64,000 nucleotides of DNA from a virus (taxonomy: Duplodnaviria > Caudoviricetes), in IMG/VR virus record IMGVR_UViG_3300021166_000096, positions 218 through 64,217 of that record. One strand, written 5' to 3'. Position numbers and translations under genes: made by a program. Below the pieces are notes generated by a model. That model worked only from the letters and a program-made list of their open reading frames with translations, was not told where the DNA came from and made no database searches. Positions 54,905-63,783 of this stretch are shown here, one piece after another (position 1 is the stretch's first letter; every line of letters starts with the position of its first letter).

Positions 54905-56830
54905 ATGGCACCGCTACAACATCCACAACATGATCTGCCCCGTGACTTCTGGGGCAGGACTTCGGGGGCAAGCCTTGACTCCGATATCATTGATGGGGAG
55001 TTCTTTGCCGAGTCGAGAGGAGCCACGCGCAACCTGACCGCCAACATCGCGGCCACCTCCAATACTGGGGCCGCAACAGGGAATGTTACTCGGAACCTAA
55101 CCGCCAATATTGCGGCCACGTCCAGCACCAGTGTGGCAACTGGTGAGCTTGGAACAGCAGCCGCAGATGTAGCACTCCAGGTGTCAACCAACATTACTGC
55201 TGGTGCGGTCACGGCAACGACCGCCCGGTTGACGCCGCCCGCGGGGAAAACCACTGGGAATTTTCACGCAGGCAAGATCAGCGATGATACCAATCCTCTG
55301 GGCGTAATCGATCTTGATGAAAACGATTATACCGAGGTCGAGTGGTGCATCAAAACATCTGACGCCGTTGGAACCTTTGATGAGTTTGAGTTCCGGGTTA
55401 CGGATAACGGAACGCTGCTCGATTCCTATACCTCAACCCCGAAAGTCACCGTCGGCAATGGTTCAGTTACCAGAAACCTGACGGCTAACATCGCGGCAAC
55501 CTCCAATACCGGGACCGCAACAGGAAACATTACCAGGAAACTAACGGCGAACGTCGCGGCCACAACCGGTACCAGTACCGCAACTGGGAATGTTAACCGG
55601 AAGCTGACGACCAACGTAGCGGTTACCAGCTCCACCGGGGATGCGGCAATCCAGACCACCCGGAAGTTACTGGCCAACGTGGCGGCGACCAGCTCCACCA
55701 GTACAGCAACTGGTAATATTACCAGGAAGCTGGCGGCCAACATCGCGGCCACCTCGGGTACCGGGACTGCGGCAATCCAGACCACCAGGAAGCTGGCGGC
55801 TAACATCGCGGCGACTACCAGTACAAGCACGGCCACCGCCACGATGGGGAACGTGCTGAATCTGGCGGCCAGCATCGCGGCCACCTCTGGTACCGGGACT
55901 GCAGCAGTCCAGACCACCAGGAACCTGGCGGCCAACATCGCGGCGACTACCAACACCGGAACGGCAACCGGGAACGTTACCAGGAAGATGACTGCCAACG
56001 TGGCAGCTACCAGCTCCACCGGGGATGCGGCAATCCAGACCACCCGGAAGCTGACAGCCAACATAGTAGCCACCAGTTCCACCAGTACCGCCACAGTGGC
56101 GATGGGATCAATTAGGAACCTGGTTGCCAACGTAGCAGCAACCAGCGCCACAGGGACCGCAGCGGGGAACGTCACCAGAAACCTGACTGCCAACATCGCG
56201 GCCACATCCAGTACCGGGGCTGCGTCAGTCCAGACCACCAGGAAACTGACGGCGAACATCGCGGCCACCAGCAATTCCGGGACCGCAGCAATCCAGACCA
56301 CCAGGAAGCTGACGGCCAACATCGCGGCCACCAGCAACACCGCAGTCATCGATATTACGATGGGTGGGATAAGGAACTTGGTTGCCAATATAGCGGCCAC
56401 TAGTTCCACTGGTGCAGCAATCGGGAACATGCAGCGTAATCTCCTGGCCTCAATTGCCGCCACGACCAGCACTGGGATGGCAACGGAGAGAACAAGTCGG
56501 AACCTGACAAGCAACATTGCAGCAATCAGCACCACAGGCACGGCAAGTATCATCACTGGCAGACGGCTGGCCGCAAACATAGCCGTCACGACACTGACGG
56601 CAAACGACTCCCTGGCGGTCCTCGTATCCTTGGGGATGATCCTTGATCCTGTTATCGTCAGCATGACGCCAAGAAGGTTGATGTCTTCTGTTACGTTGGC
56701 GAGATCCATTACGAGCCGCACGACAGCAGGGAATATCACGAGTGGCACCCCGATCCAGATTATCAACGCAGAAACTCCGACTCAACGGATTATAAGCGCA
56801 ACCCCAACACGGCGGATAGAAGCCACTTAA
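54905..56830 (+). CDS. Repeat-rich fibre / stalk protein
   Basis: 20 copies of a 21-23-aa R(N/K)LxANIAAT repeat plus C-terminal 9-aa repeats. Confidence 0.8.
   Translation: MAPLQHPQHDLPRDFWGRTSGASLDSDIIDGEFFAESRGATRNLTANIAATSNTGAATGNVTRNLTANIAATSSTSVATGELGTAAADVALQVSTNITAGAVTATTARLTPPAGKTTGNFHAGKISDDTNPLGVIDLDENDYTEVEWCIKTSDAVGTFDEFEFRVTDNGTLLDSYTSTPKVTVGNGSVTRNLTANIAATSNTGTATGNITRKLTANVAATTGTSTATGNVNRKLTTNVAVTSSTGDAAIQTTRKLLANVAATSSTSTATGNITRKLAANIAATSGTGTAAIQTTRKLAANIAATTSTSTATATMGNVLNLAASIAATSGTGTAAVQTTRNLAANIAATTNTGTATGNVTRKMTANVAATSSTGDAAIQTTRKLTANIVATSSTSTATVAMGSIRNLVANVAATSATGTAAGNVTRNLTANIAATSSTGAASVQTTRKLTANIAATSNSGTAAIQTTRKLTANIAATSNTAVIDITMGGIRNLVANIAATSSTGAAIGNMQRNLLASIAATTSTGMATERTSRNLTSNIAAISTTGTASIITGRRLAANIAVTTLTANDSLAVLVSLGMILDPVIVSMTPRRLMSSVTLARSITSRTTAGNITSGTPIQIINAETPTQRIISATPTRRIEAT
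55472..56620 (+). repeat. Coding tandem array of 18 units of 63/69 bp
   Basis: RKLTANIAATSSTGTAxxxTT consensus; two further units at 55028-55150. Confidence 0.9.
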
Positions 56831-56844
56831 CAAGGAGCATTATC

Positions 56845-57684
56845 ATGGGTACCCTGACCAACTATGGACGGACGTTTTTACTCAATCACCTCATCAACAC
56901 GGCGCAGACCCGGCCCGCAACGGTCTATCTGATATTAAGCACTGCAGATCCGACGGCAGCGGCAACCGGTGCCTCCTGTAGTGAGGTGGCGAATGCCGGG
57001 AACTACACCCGGAAGGCCATCTCCTTCGGTGCGGCGGCAGCGCGGCGAATCACCCAGGACGCCCAGGTGGATTTCAATCAAGCATCTGCCGCATGGGGGA
57101 CCGTTACCCACTGGGCAATTTCTGACAGCGCCACCTATGGGGCAGGTAATGTCCTGGCCTTCGGTTCTTTTGGAGCGCCCTTCTCGCCGGTCAACGGCAA
57201 CATTCCGAGAGTCCTGACCACGACTGTCTGGGTTGAGATCACGGCCATTGCTAACTACGGCCTGACCACATATTGCGCCAACGCCCTGCTCAACTTCCTG
57301 TTCGACAACGTGGCCTTCACCAGCACGGCAGGAAGTACCTTCCTGGCTCTGCTTAACGCCATTTGTTCGGATGCCGCAACCACCATGGCAGGACAGACCG
57401 AGGTATCCGGGACCAGCTACGCTCGGAAGCAAATCAACATCAACGGCGGGGCAGTTCCGGCATGGTCGACCGTAACCAACGGGGTCGCCAGTAACGGGGC
57501 CGACACCACTTTCGCCACTCCCGGCGGCACCTGGACTAACCTTGTGGCCGTAGCCATCGTTGACGCCTTGTCTGGCACCAGCGCAAACGTCCTCGCCTAC
57601 GATAACAACGTCCAGGATCAGGTGTCCGTTTCTGGTGACACGGTGCAATTCGTAGCTGGTGATTTTGACATCTCCATCGCGTAA
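56845..57684 (+). CDS. Tail-fibre-associated protein with two tandem copies of one domain
   Basis: YLILSTADP..EVA..NYTRK..WGTVTHWAISD..GNVL and FLALL..EVSGTSYARK..WTNLVAVAIVD..ANVL. Confidence 0.7.
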   Translation: MGTLTNYGRTFLLNHLINTAQTRPATVYLILSTADPTAAATGASCSEVANAGNYTRKAISFGAAAARRITQDAQVDFNQASAAWGTVTHWAISDSATYGAGNVLAFGSFGAPFSPVNGNIPRVLTTTVWVEITAIANYGLTTYCANALLNFLFDNVAFTSTAGSTFLALLNAICSDAATTMAGQTEVSGTSYARKQININGGAVPAWSTVTNGVASNGADTTFATPGGTWTNLVAVAIVDALSGTSANVLAYDNNVQDQVSVSGDTVQFVAGDFDISIA

Positions 57685-57699
57685 GTAGGGGGGCCATAA

Positions 57700-58062
57700 A
57701 TGTCATCCAACACTGTTACCGAGACCATCTACCTCACCCGGAATAACGCCAACGACCTCCTCCTTACCTCTGTGGATGTAGACGGCGTTACTTCGTTGGC
57801 GGATATGCGGGCGGTGACCAAAGTCGAGATTGTCGACAGTGGTTGCGCGTTCACCATTGCTTCCGATACCTCTGCCGGGGCTTTCTCCTGGAGTAGCACC
57901 GTCGCCGATGGGAAGCTTCAGGTTAAGTTGGGACAAGAACCTATTCCCCCGGCAACGTACACCTGCAAGCTTATCCTTTATGATCCCACCAACCCGGATG
58001 GGATTGTATGGGGGGAATTGAAGCTCACCTTCAAGAAGGCTTGCCCCGTTGTAACGCCATGA
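57700..58062 (+). CDS. BppU N-terminal-like Ig-fold protein
   Basis: IYLTRNNANDLLL...LQVKLG..YTCKLILYD...GELKLTF. Confidence 0.55.
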   Translation: MSSNTVTETIYLTRNNANDLLLTSVDVDGVTSLADMRAVTKVEIVDSGCAFTIASDTSAGAFSWSSTVADGKLQVKLGQEPIPPATYTCKLILYDPTNPDGIVWGELKLTFKKACPVVTP

Positions 58063-58226
58063 AAGCAAGATATTACGTCCTGGCATATTTCGTTTTGCTC
58101 GGCACCTGGGTGGCGTTGATTTATTTCAACGTCTCCGGTGCCGGGGCACTGATCGGCTACATTCAAAACACGCTGGCGGCGTTGACCGGCCACGCGCTTA
58201 CCATGATTAATCCGGAGGGGAAATGA
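58059..58226 (+). CDS. Putative holin (two TM segments)
   Basis: YVLAYFVLLGTWVALIYF / ALIGYIQNTLAALTG. Confidence 0.55.
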   Translation: MKARYYVLAYFVLLGTWVALIYFNVSGAGALIGYIQNTLAALTGHALTMINPEGK

Positions 58227-58474
58227 GATATTTACTGTTCTTATTTTTAAGTGGATGTGCCAGTGTCCAGCCAACCATCGATGGGTATCGAGCAGCGGCG
58301 AAGACCAGCTATATTGCGGCACAGGATGCCCATGTCGAGATCCTGCGAAGTGATATCTGCAACCTCCCCTGGTTCGAGATCCAGAAGAATCCGTGGGTGG
58401 CGCAGGTAGTGGAGGCGGCATGCTTGCAAGGTGCAAGCACACCGCCGAGTAGATTGTTAGAAGAGGTCCGGTAA
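58223..58474 (+). CDS. Lipoprotein (o-spanin-like candidate)
   Basis: MRYLLFLFLSGC lipobox. Confidence 0.65.
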   Translation: MRYLLFLFLSGCASVQPTIDGYRAAAKTSYIAAQDAHVEILRSDICNLPWFEIQKNPWVAQVVEAACLQGASTPPSRLLEEVR

Positions 58475-58822
58475 TTCCCATTTTCGGAAAGCGATAGTGG
58501 AAGAGCTGGTCCAGCTTGTCTTCCCATCGACAAAAACGAAGGCTTGGCCGTCGTCCCCCCAATGAGAGAAATGCCTCCGTAGTAGATCCCCCCGTTCAAA
58601 GACGATGATCGGGTCATCGACTTTCAAATCCGGAAGATCTTTCTCTAATCCCTCTGCCGTTATTCGATAAAGGGATTCACCGAATTGCGGGACCAAAGGA
58701 ACCTGCTTGAAATCCCCTTTGTCCCGCCACCGGCCACCAACCAAGTTGGGTTTCAAGGTGCAGACGAAAACCTCGCCGTCAGGCTGCTGGCACAGCCATT
58801 TATATTTTTCCAAAAATTGCAT
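58457..58822 (-). CDS. Hypothetical protein
   Basis: DDPIIVF..RRHFSHW..DGKTSWT; last gene of the minus arm. Confidence 0.65.
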   Translation of the reverse strand: MQFLEKYKWLCQQPDGEVFVCTLKPNLVGGRWRDKGDFKQVPLVPQFGESLYRITAEGLEKDLPDLKVDDPIIVFERGDLLRRHFSHWGDDGQAFVFVDGKTSWTSSSTIAFRKWELPDLF

Positions 58823-58825
58823 AGA

Positions 58826-59245
58826 TCAGCCCTCCCGCAGGAATTGGTGCCGACCGATCTTGACGCAAGGCGTCATCGACGCAGCCCAGTAAGGAGGCTT
58901 GCCGGTGAGTTTACCGGAATCAGTGGAAACACCGTGAAGCTCGTAGTAATGGGTGGCACCGCTCAGGCGGTCGCCTTTGTCCCATTCCGCTGCAGCTTCC
59001 TGCACGGTCTGCCAGATCGCGATGAAGACCGGGATCTCTTTGATGTGCAGGAGCGCCGAGGTTAGTCCGTCGTTGTAGCAGGAAAATTGCTTCTTCGCTT
59101 TGACCACGTCCTGGACCTCCCAACCCTTCGCCTTGGCACGGTTAAGGATGACCTTCACCACAGCTTTTTGTCCGACCACAGCCTCACCACGGGCCTCGTA
59201 GTAAACAGTGAGTGCCAACCAGAGTAGTGTCGCTGGAGATGTCAT
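58826..59245 (-). CDS. SleB-like cell-wall hydrolase (Hydrolase_2)
   Basis: LALTVYYEARGE...VILNR...KQFSCYN...GATHYY...PYWA...IGRHQF. Confidence 0.9.
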   Translation of the reverse strand: MTSPATLLWLALTVYYEARGEAVVGQKAVVKVILNRAKAKGWEVQDVVKAKKQFSCYNDGLTSALLHIKEIPVFIAIWQTVQEAAAEWDKGDRLSGATHYYELHGVSTDSGKLTGKPPYWAASMTPCVKIGRHQFLREG

Positions 59246-60012
59246 ATGTCCCCCATGTCGTAATCTTTATTGGGAACCATTTCCCCTTGCAAGGTTACAG
59301 TGGCAATCTTATTTCCCATCTTGAAGAAGGCCAAACATGCGAAATGGGCGATCTTCATCAGATCGATTTCCTGCTGACCTTCCCGGGCGTTGGTACCGAA
59401 GCGGTGCCGGTACTTGAGGATCTGGGAGGCGCAATACGACGGGGTGTACCCCGTGGCATAATCTTTTCCTTTATCCCCATACTGCGGAACCGTGTACTGC
59501 TCGATATGGTCAGCGACTTTTTGCCGAAACTCGGTGAAGGAGTTGACGGAACTTGCCAGCCACGCCAGCAGAGCGATCCGCAGCAAACTATTGCCGTTTG
59601 GAGAGTTGACGAATTTTAAGCATTCAGCTTCTACTTCCTCCATGCATTTTTCTGCTGCAGGAAAACCCGCCGTAAGTTTTTCAGGAAAAGCTGCAGCCCG
59701 TAAACCGAAGGCCGCCCACTCCTGGCCGCGCAGACTTAACTCTTTTTCCTCGGGTTTTGCCAGCGCGTACAGTCGCTTGATCTTTTCGGCTTTCACCCGG
59801 TCGACCGCTTCGTCGCCGTAAATCACCCGGGCCTGGAGGATCATGATCTCCACGTCCGCGCATTCTCCGAGGAACTCCTCGTCCGTTATCCGGCCACGTT
59901 GGAGATGGTTGACGGCTACCACCACCTCCGCGCACTCCTCCTGCAATTGACGAAGCTGCGGCCATTTGCCAAACTTCTCAATCGCCAGGGCACATACCTC
60001 TCTATCTGTCAT
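59242..60012 (-). CDS. MazG-like NTP pyrophosphohydrolase fused to a second all-helical domain
   Basis: QLRQLQEECAEV..GECADVEIM (MazG ExxE..ExxD); C-terminal HIEQYTVPQYGD..KYRHRFG..DLMKIAHFA. Confidence 0.75.
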   Translation of the reverse strand: MTDREVCALAIEKFGKWPQLRQLQEECAEVVVAVNHLQRGRITDEEFLGECADVEIMILQARVIYGDEAVDRVKAEKIKRLYALAKPEEKELSLRGQEWAAFGLRAAAFPEKLTAGFPAAEKCMEEVEAECLKFVNSPNGNSLLRIALLAWLASSVNSFTEFRQKVADHIEQYTVPQYGDKGKDYATGYTPSYCASQILKYRHRFGTNAREGQQEIDLMKIAHFACLAFFKMGNKIATVTLQGEMVPNKDYDMGDI

Positions 60013-60350
60013 CGTCTACTCCTTTGTTGTCGCAACATTTCTCGGTAATCATCGTTGCGTTTATCTGTTTCCGACCGGGTCTTTTCCTGATCGGCTTGAA
60101 CTTTTTCTTTCTCTTTCGCCAGCGATACCACGCCGCAGGTTCCGTCCCTTGGTTTCGGGGGCTTGTGGACTTTCCCTACGGTCAGCGCCATGGCGGCGTT
60201 CTTGGCCATCTTCATACCCGATCGGCACTTATCGTCGCAGAAGTGGTGGGTGTTTCGCTGCCCGCTTTTGTAAAGAATAACCTCTGATTCCTTACCACAA
60301 TGCCTGCAGGTTTTGGTACTTTTCATTGGATATGCTTGCTGCCGTCCCAT
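60009..60350 (-). CDS. Zn-finger (TRASH-like) protein
   Basis: CRHCGK...HFCDDKCR. Confidence 0.65.
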   Translation of the reverse strand: MGRQQAYPMKSTKTCRHCGKESEVILYKSGQRNTHHFCDDKCRSGMKMAKNAAMALTVGKVHKPPKPRDGTCGVVSLAKEKEKVQADQEKTRSETDKRNDDYREMLRQQRSRR

Positions 60351-60604
60351 CAGATCACCTTCCTGGCGTTGATGCGGCGAAGGGTAGCAAGGGAGCTGGG
60401 ACGAATTTCTTCAGCCAGCATGTCGAATTTGGCGGCCATATCCCGGAGCTGTTTCGCGGCCCGGCGGATGGTCTGTTTGCGGTGTTTACTGATGGTGTTG
60501 GCTAAGACGATACTCGTTCGTCCCTTGGCGATACTGGCCGAGCTTCCTCCTTCTGGTTTTTCCTGAAAAAAGATTCGCATCTTGTTCAAATCTTCTATTC
60601 TCAT
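60350..60604 (-). CDS. Hypothetical protein
   Basis: 84-aa basic ORF. Confidence 0.55.
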   Translation of the reverse strand: MRIEDLNKMRIFFQEKPEGGSSASIAKGRTSIVLANTISKHRKQTIRRAAKQLRDMAAKFDMLAEEIRPSSLATLRRINARKVI

Positions 60605-60933
60605 AGATCAAGCTCCTCAAAATATTCTTTCACCTCTTGCTGCCCGGAGACAACCCTTGCATCGAAGCCCATGTCCTGCAGGCGCTGCAACTCCCGAGCT
60701 TGAGCATCAGTCGCGCCTTTTCCCTCTCGTTTCATTTCCACAAAACGAACATATCGGGAGACGATCTCTTGATGCTCAAGCGGGACCGGAAGCAGGCAGA
60801 TTCTATCCGGCACCGACCGACGGCCCGGACTGACGAACTTGAAGGCAATCCCGCCGCGCACCTTGAACCCGTCGCGGAGCGCGATCTCGCTTACCTTCTC
60901 TTTTAACGGTCGCTCAAAGGGATTTTTCATCAC
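60601..60933 (-). CDS. VRR-NUC domain nuclease
   Basis: GGIAFKFVSPGRRSVPDRI..FVEMKREG..Q.REL..LQDMGF. Confidence 0.9.
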   Translation of the reverse strand: MMKNPFERPLKEKVSEIALRDGFKVRGGIAFKFVSPGRRSVPDRICLLPVPLEHQEIVSRYVRFVEMKREGKGATDAQARELQRLQDMGFDARVVSGQQEVKEYFEELDL

Positions 60934-62302
60934 GGTACGCCTTCAGTCGTTGCAGAAGTTTTTCCTGGGTGAACTCTTTATCCTCTCTCGCAGCCATCAC
61001 CACCTCATCAACCGTGTCCTCCATGATCAGATGATGGATCTGACACACCTCCGGCTGGCCCTGCCGGTCGATCCGGCCATTGAGCTGCAGGTAATGTTTC
61101 AGATCCCAGGTGGTCGAGAACCAGACCAGGATATGGCCGCCGTCCTGCAGGTTGAGGCCTTCGCCGCCAGACGCGGGGTGGATGAGTACCAGGGGATGCT
61201 CACCACGGTCCCATGCCGCCAGGATCTCGTCTGTTTCGCGCTCCGTCGTCTTTCCGTAGATCGCCGGGATGCGATACCCGAAGATGTGCCGGAGCATATC
61301 GACTTCATGTTGGAACTGGATGCCGCAGAGAATCGGTTTACCGCTTGACGCCTCGACCAATTCCTTGAGGACTTCCGCTTTTGTTGAGTTGACGTGCTGG
61401 GCCTCTTTCGTTTCGGTGTCGTACAAGAACCCTTGGATGAACTGCCGAAGCTTCATCGACAGTGAGCTACCACTGAAGACCTCGATCTCTGCACCATTTT
61501 CCAACCGGACGAAGAATTCCTTCTCCAGCTCCCGGTACTTCTTCATGTCCTTCTCTTCCATCTTGCAGGGGATGACGTTGTGGTGCGCTCTCTCGCGATC
61601 CAGGCAATCCTCCTCGCGCATCACCTTGCAGTAGGGAGCCATCTTTTTGGAAAGGATATCGGTTATCCCTCGGCGTGGGTACCATTTCCGGTTTCCCGTT
61701 TCTAAATCCGGGGGAACGAAATATGACTTCCGGTATTCCGTAATATTCTTGGCCAGCAGGCCCGGCACCAGGAAGTCAACCTGCCCGTACAAATCGATCA
61801 GGCCATTAGGTGACGGGGTGCCGGTCAAGATTATCTTGTTGGGGACCGTGTGGAACAACCAAGAAATACCCTGGCTGCGTTGGCTCTCCGAGTTCTTGAT
61901 CGCGGTAGATTCATCGATCACCAGCAGGTCGAACCGGGGGAGGTTCTTGTCCTTGGCATATTGCCTGGACAACCATTTGAGTCCGTCGTAATTGATCAGG
62001 TAGACATCAGCGTTGGTCCGCAACGCGATGTCCTTGTCTTTGCCATGCAGAACCGAGAATTTGAGATTCTCAAAATTTTTCCATTTCTTTATTTCTTTCG
62101 GCCACGCCACCCGGATAACATTCTTGGGTCCGATAACCAGGGTCTTAACGACGTTGAAATGGTTGAACATCGCCTCGTTGACATAGTCGAGGACGATGGA
62201 AGTTTTTCCCAGCCCCAGGTCCAGAAAGAGACCGGCCCGAGGTGTCCGTTCGAGAAATTCCCGGCACTCTTTCTGGTACCAGTGGGGGACGCGCTCTTTC
62301 AT
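60914..62302 (-). CDS. SNF2-family helicase
   Basis: LFLDLGLGKTS, LVIDEST, LTGTPSPN, GEGLNLQ, QLNGRIDRQGQ. Confidence 0.93.
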   Translation of the reverse strand: MKERVPHWYQKECREFLERTPRAGLFLDLGLGKTSIVLDYVNEAMFNHFNVVKTLVIGPKNVIRVAWPKEIKKWKNFENLKFSVLHGKDKDIALRTNADVYLINYDGLKWLSRQYAKDKNLPRFDLLVIDESTAIKNSESQRSQGISWLFHTVPNKIILTGTPSPNGLIDLYGQVDFLVPGLLAKNITEYRKSYFVPPDLETGNRKWYPRRGITDILSKKMAPYCKVMREEDCLDRERAHHNVIPCKMEEKDMKKYRELEKEFFVRLENGAEIEVFSGSSLSMKLRQFIQGFLYDTETKEAQHVNSTKAEVLKELVEASSGKPILCGIQFQHEVDMLRHIFGYRIPAIYGKTTERETDEILAAWDRGEHPLVLIHPASGGEGLNLQDGGHILVWFSTTWDLKHYLQLNGRIDRQGQPEVCQIHHLIMEDTVDEVVMAAREDKEFTQEKLLQRLKAYRDEKSL

Positions 62303-62958
62303 GATCTTAAAATATGGTTGTCGGTTCTAGTTTTACCCCAGGTTTTTACCTTCTGGGATGCTTCTAAAAAAATTGGGATTTTTCTCTTTTCTTTTATGAA
62401 AAAGAATCTCCTTTTTGGGACATCTTTCTCGATGGTTATCCTATCACCATAATGTTGTTTCACTACAGAAATAGCGGATGTCCCTAGTTCCGCAAAAAAG
62501 CGTTTTCTGCTACATATAGCTCCGTCTAACCTCCATAAATAACCATCAGGTTGGGCGTCCTGTGGAAGTCGCTCCCAGTTTGCAGCCAAATAAGTGTTTC
62601 CAGTATGCTGCTGCATGGGGTCTGCATAGGTCACGAATATGTCGTACTTTTCTTTCAACAACTTTACAGACTTTGCCAACAGAGAAGACGTAGCCCAGTG
62701 TTTGCCTTCTACTCCGACCATCCGTATCAACTCTATTGGGTTGAAACCTTTTTCTTTCAGTCGTTTGTCCCATGCTCGGCTACGGAGTACGCCCCAGACA
62801 GTGCATCCTTCTTCATGTCCTAAACACTCGGAACACGTTCTAATTCCTCCAAGATAATGATATTTATCCAGTAGGTAGTTGGCATCGTTCTTGGATACTA
62901 CTTTTACTTCAGGGCTTTTTATCAAACCACTTTCACTATAGGAAATTCGATCTTTCAT
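62299..62958 (-). CDS. mom: Mom-family (GNAT-fold) DNA modification enzyme
   Basis: KYHYLGG, IELIRM, SSLLAKSVKLL, FVTYAD..QHTGNTYLAANW; visibly AT-rich. Confidence 0.75.
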   Translation of the reverse strand: MKDRISYSESGLIKSPEVKVVSKNDANYLLDKYHYLGGIRTCSECLGHEEGCTVWGVLRSRAWDKRLKEKGFNPIELIRMVGVEGKHWATSSLLAKSVKLLKEKYDIFVTYADPMQQHTGNTYLAANWERLPQDAQPDGYLWRLDGAICSRKRFFAELGTSAISVVKQHYGDRITIEKDVPKRRFFFIKEKRKIPIFLEASQKVKTWGKTRTDNHILRS

Positions 62959-63101
62959 AACTCGATGGTTCCCCAATTGGTGTAAACCATATCACCTTCA
63001 TCTGTGCCTTCGATCTCTTCCTGCAGCTCATCGTCGTCAAAAGCCATTTGGATTTTCTCAAGGGCGTCTTCAATGTTGTCGCAATTAATCGTTATAATCA
63101 T
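62955..63101 (-). CDS. Highly acidic 48-aa micro-protein (absent from the ORF track)
   Basis: MIITINCDNIEDALEKIQMAFDDDELQEEIEGTDEGDMVYTNWGTIEL; ATGA overlaps with both neighbours. Confidence 0.7.
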   Translation of the reverse strand: MIITINCDNIEDALEKIQMAFDDDELQEEIEGTDEGDMVYTNWGTIEL

Positions 63102-63772
63102 ATCCCTTCCTCCTCTAAAGAATGGTCTGTTCCGAAACGCCCGTCTGTCAGAATGAAAACGGTTTTCTCCAACACCTTTTCATAATAGGTGTGTACCTCG
63201 CCATAATGTTCGTGACGAGCCTTCCCCATAGGTATGCCGTGCGTCCTGCTTATCCTTGAGGCCATTCTCCCTATTCTTTGCGCGGAGGCGTTATTACAAA
63301 CGACGCCGATAAGCTTGCAGTAGGCGATCACTGAAAAGAATTCGTTTCCTTTTTGGATCGCGTCCTGTTGACACTGAAGAGCTTTTATTTTCTTATCCTG
63401 CTCCTCGAATCGTTTCCTGTGTTCGACCATCATCTGGGCTTGTTTCAATAACATTTCTTCGGGGTTTAACATCAGCGACTTATTTCGATAGTCGATGAAA
63501 TACTGCCGACAAGTGTGACCCTTCTCAGTCTGACTGAGCATGCAGATATGGTCGGCGGCGTCGAGACCGAGGTGGTATTCAATTCGGGTTGTTCCACCGA
63601 TAGCTCGCTCGCCCTTTTCGGCGCGCGAGACATAGTCCCGATCCTCGATTAATCTGGCCCTATCAATCTGATCCTTAATCCAGTTTGAGAAGTCGCGTTT
63701 TACTTCCAAGAAGACGTGAAGCTCCCGGGCATTTACAGTCGGCTTTCCGCCTCGATCGTCAATCGTGATCAT
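63098..63772 (-). CDS. antA: AntA/AntB antirepressor-family protein
   Basis: TVNARELHVFLEVKRDFSNWIK..IEDRDY..EYHLGLDAADHICML..GHTCRQYFI. Confidence 0.9.
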   Translation of the reverse strand: MITIDDRGGKPTVNARELHVFLEVKRDFSNWIKDQIDRARLIEDRDYVSRAEKGERAIGGTTRIEYHLGLDAADHICMLSQTEKGHTCRQYFIDYRNKSLMLNPEEMLLKQAQMMVEHRKRFEEQDKKIKALQCQQDAIQKGNEFFSVIAYCKLIGVVCNNASAQRIGRMASRISRTHGIPMGKARHEHYGEVHTYYEKVLEKTVFILTDGRFGTDHSLEEEGI

Positions 63773-63783
63773 AATTTCTCCTT

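Noticed and set aside
55426-56766. 446-aa minus-strand ORF and possible CRISPR array
   Set aside because: Shadow of in-frame coding repeats; there is no constant repeat plus unique spacer pattern and no cas genes.
59242-60012. 2-aminoadenine (Z-genome) cluster
   Set aside because: No PurZ or HD-domain DatZ is visible in an essentially complete genome.
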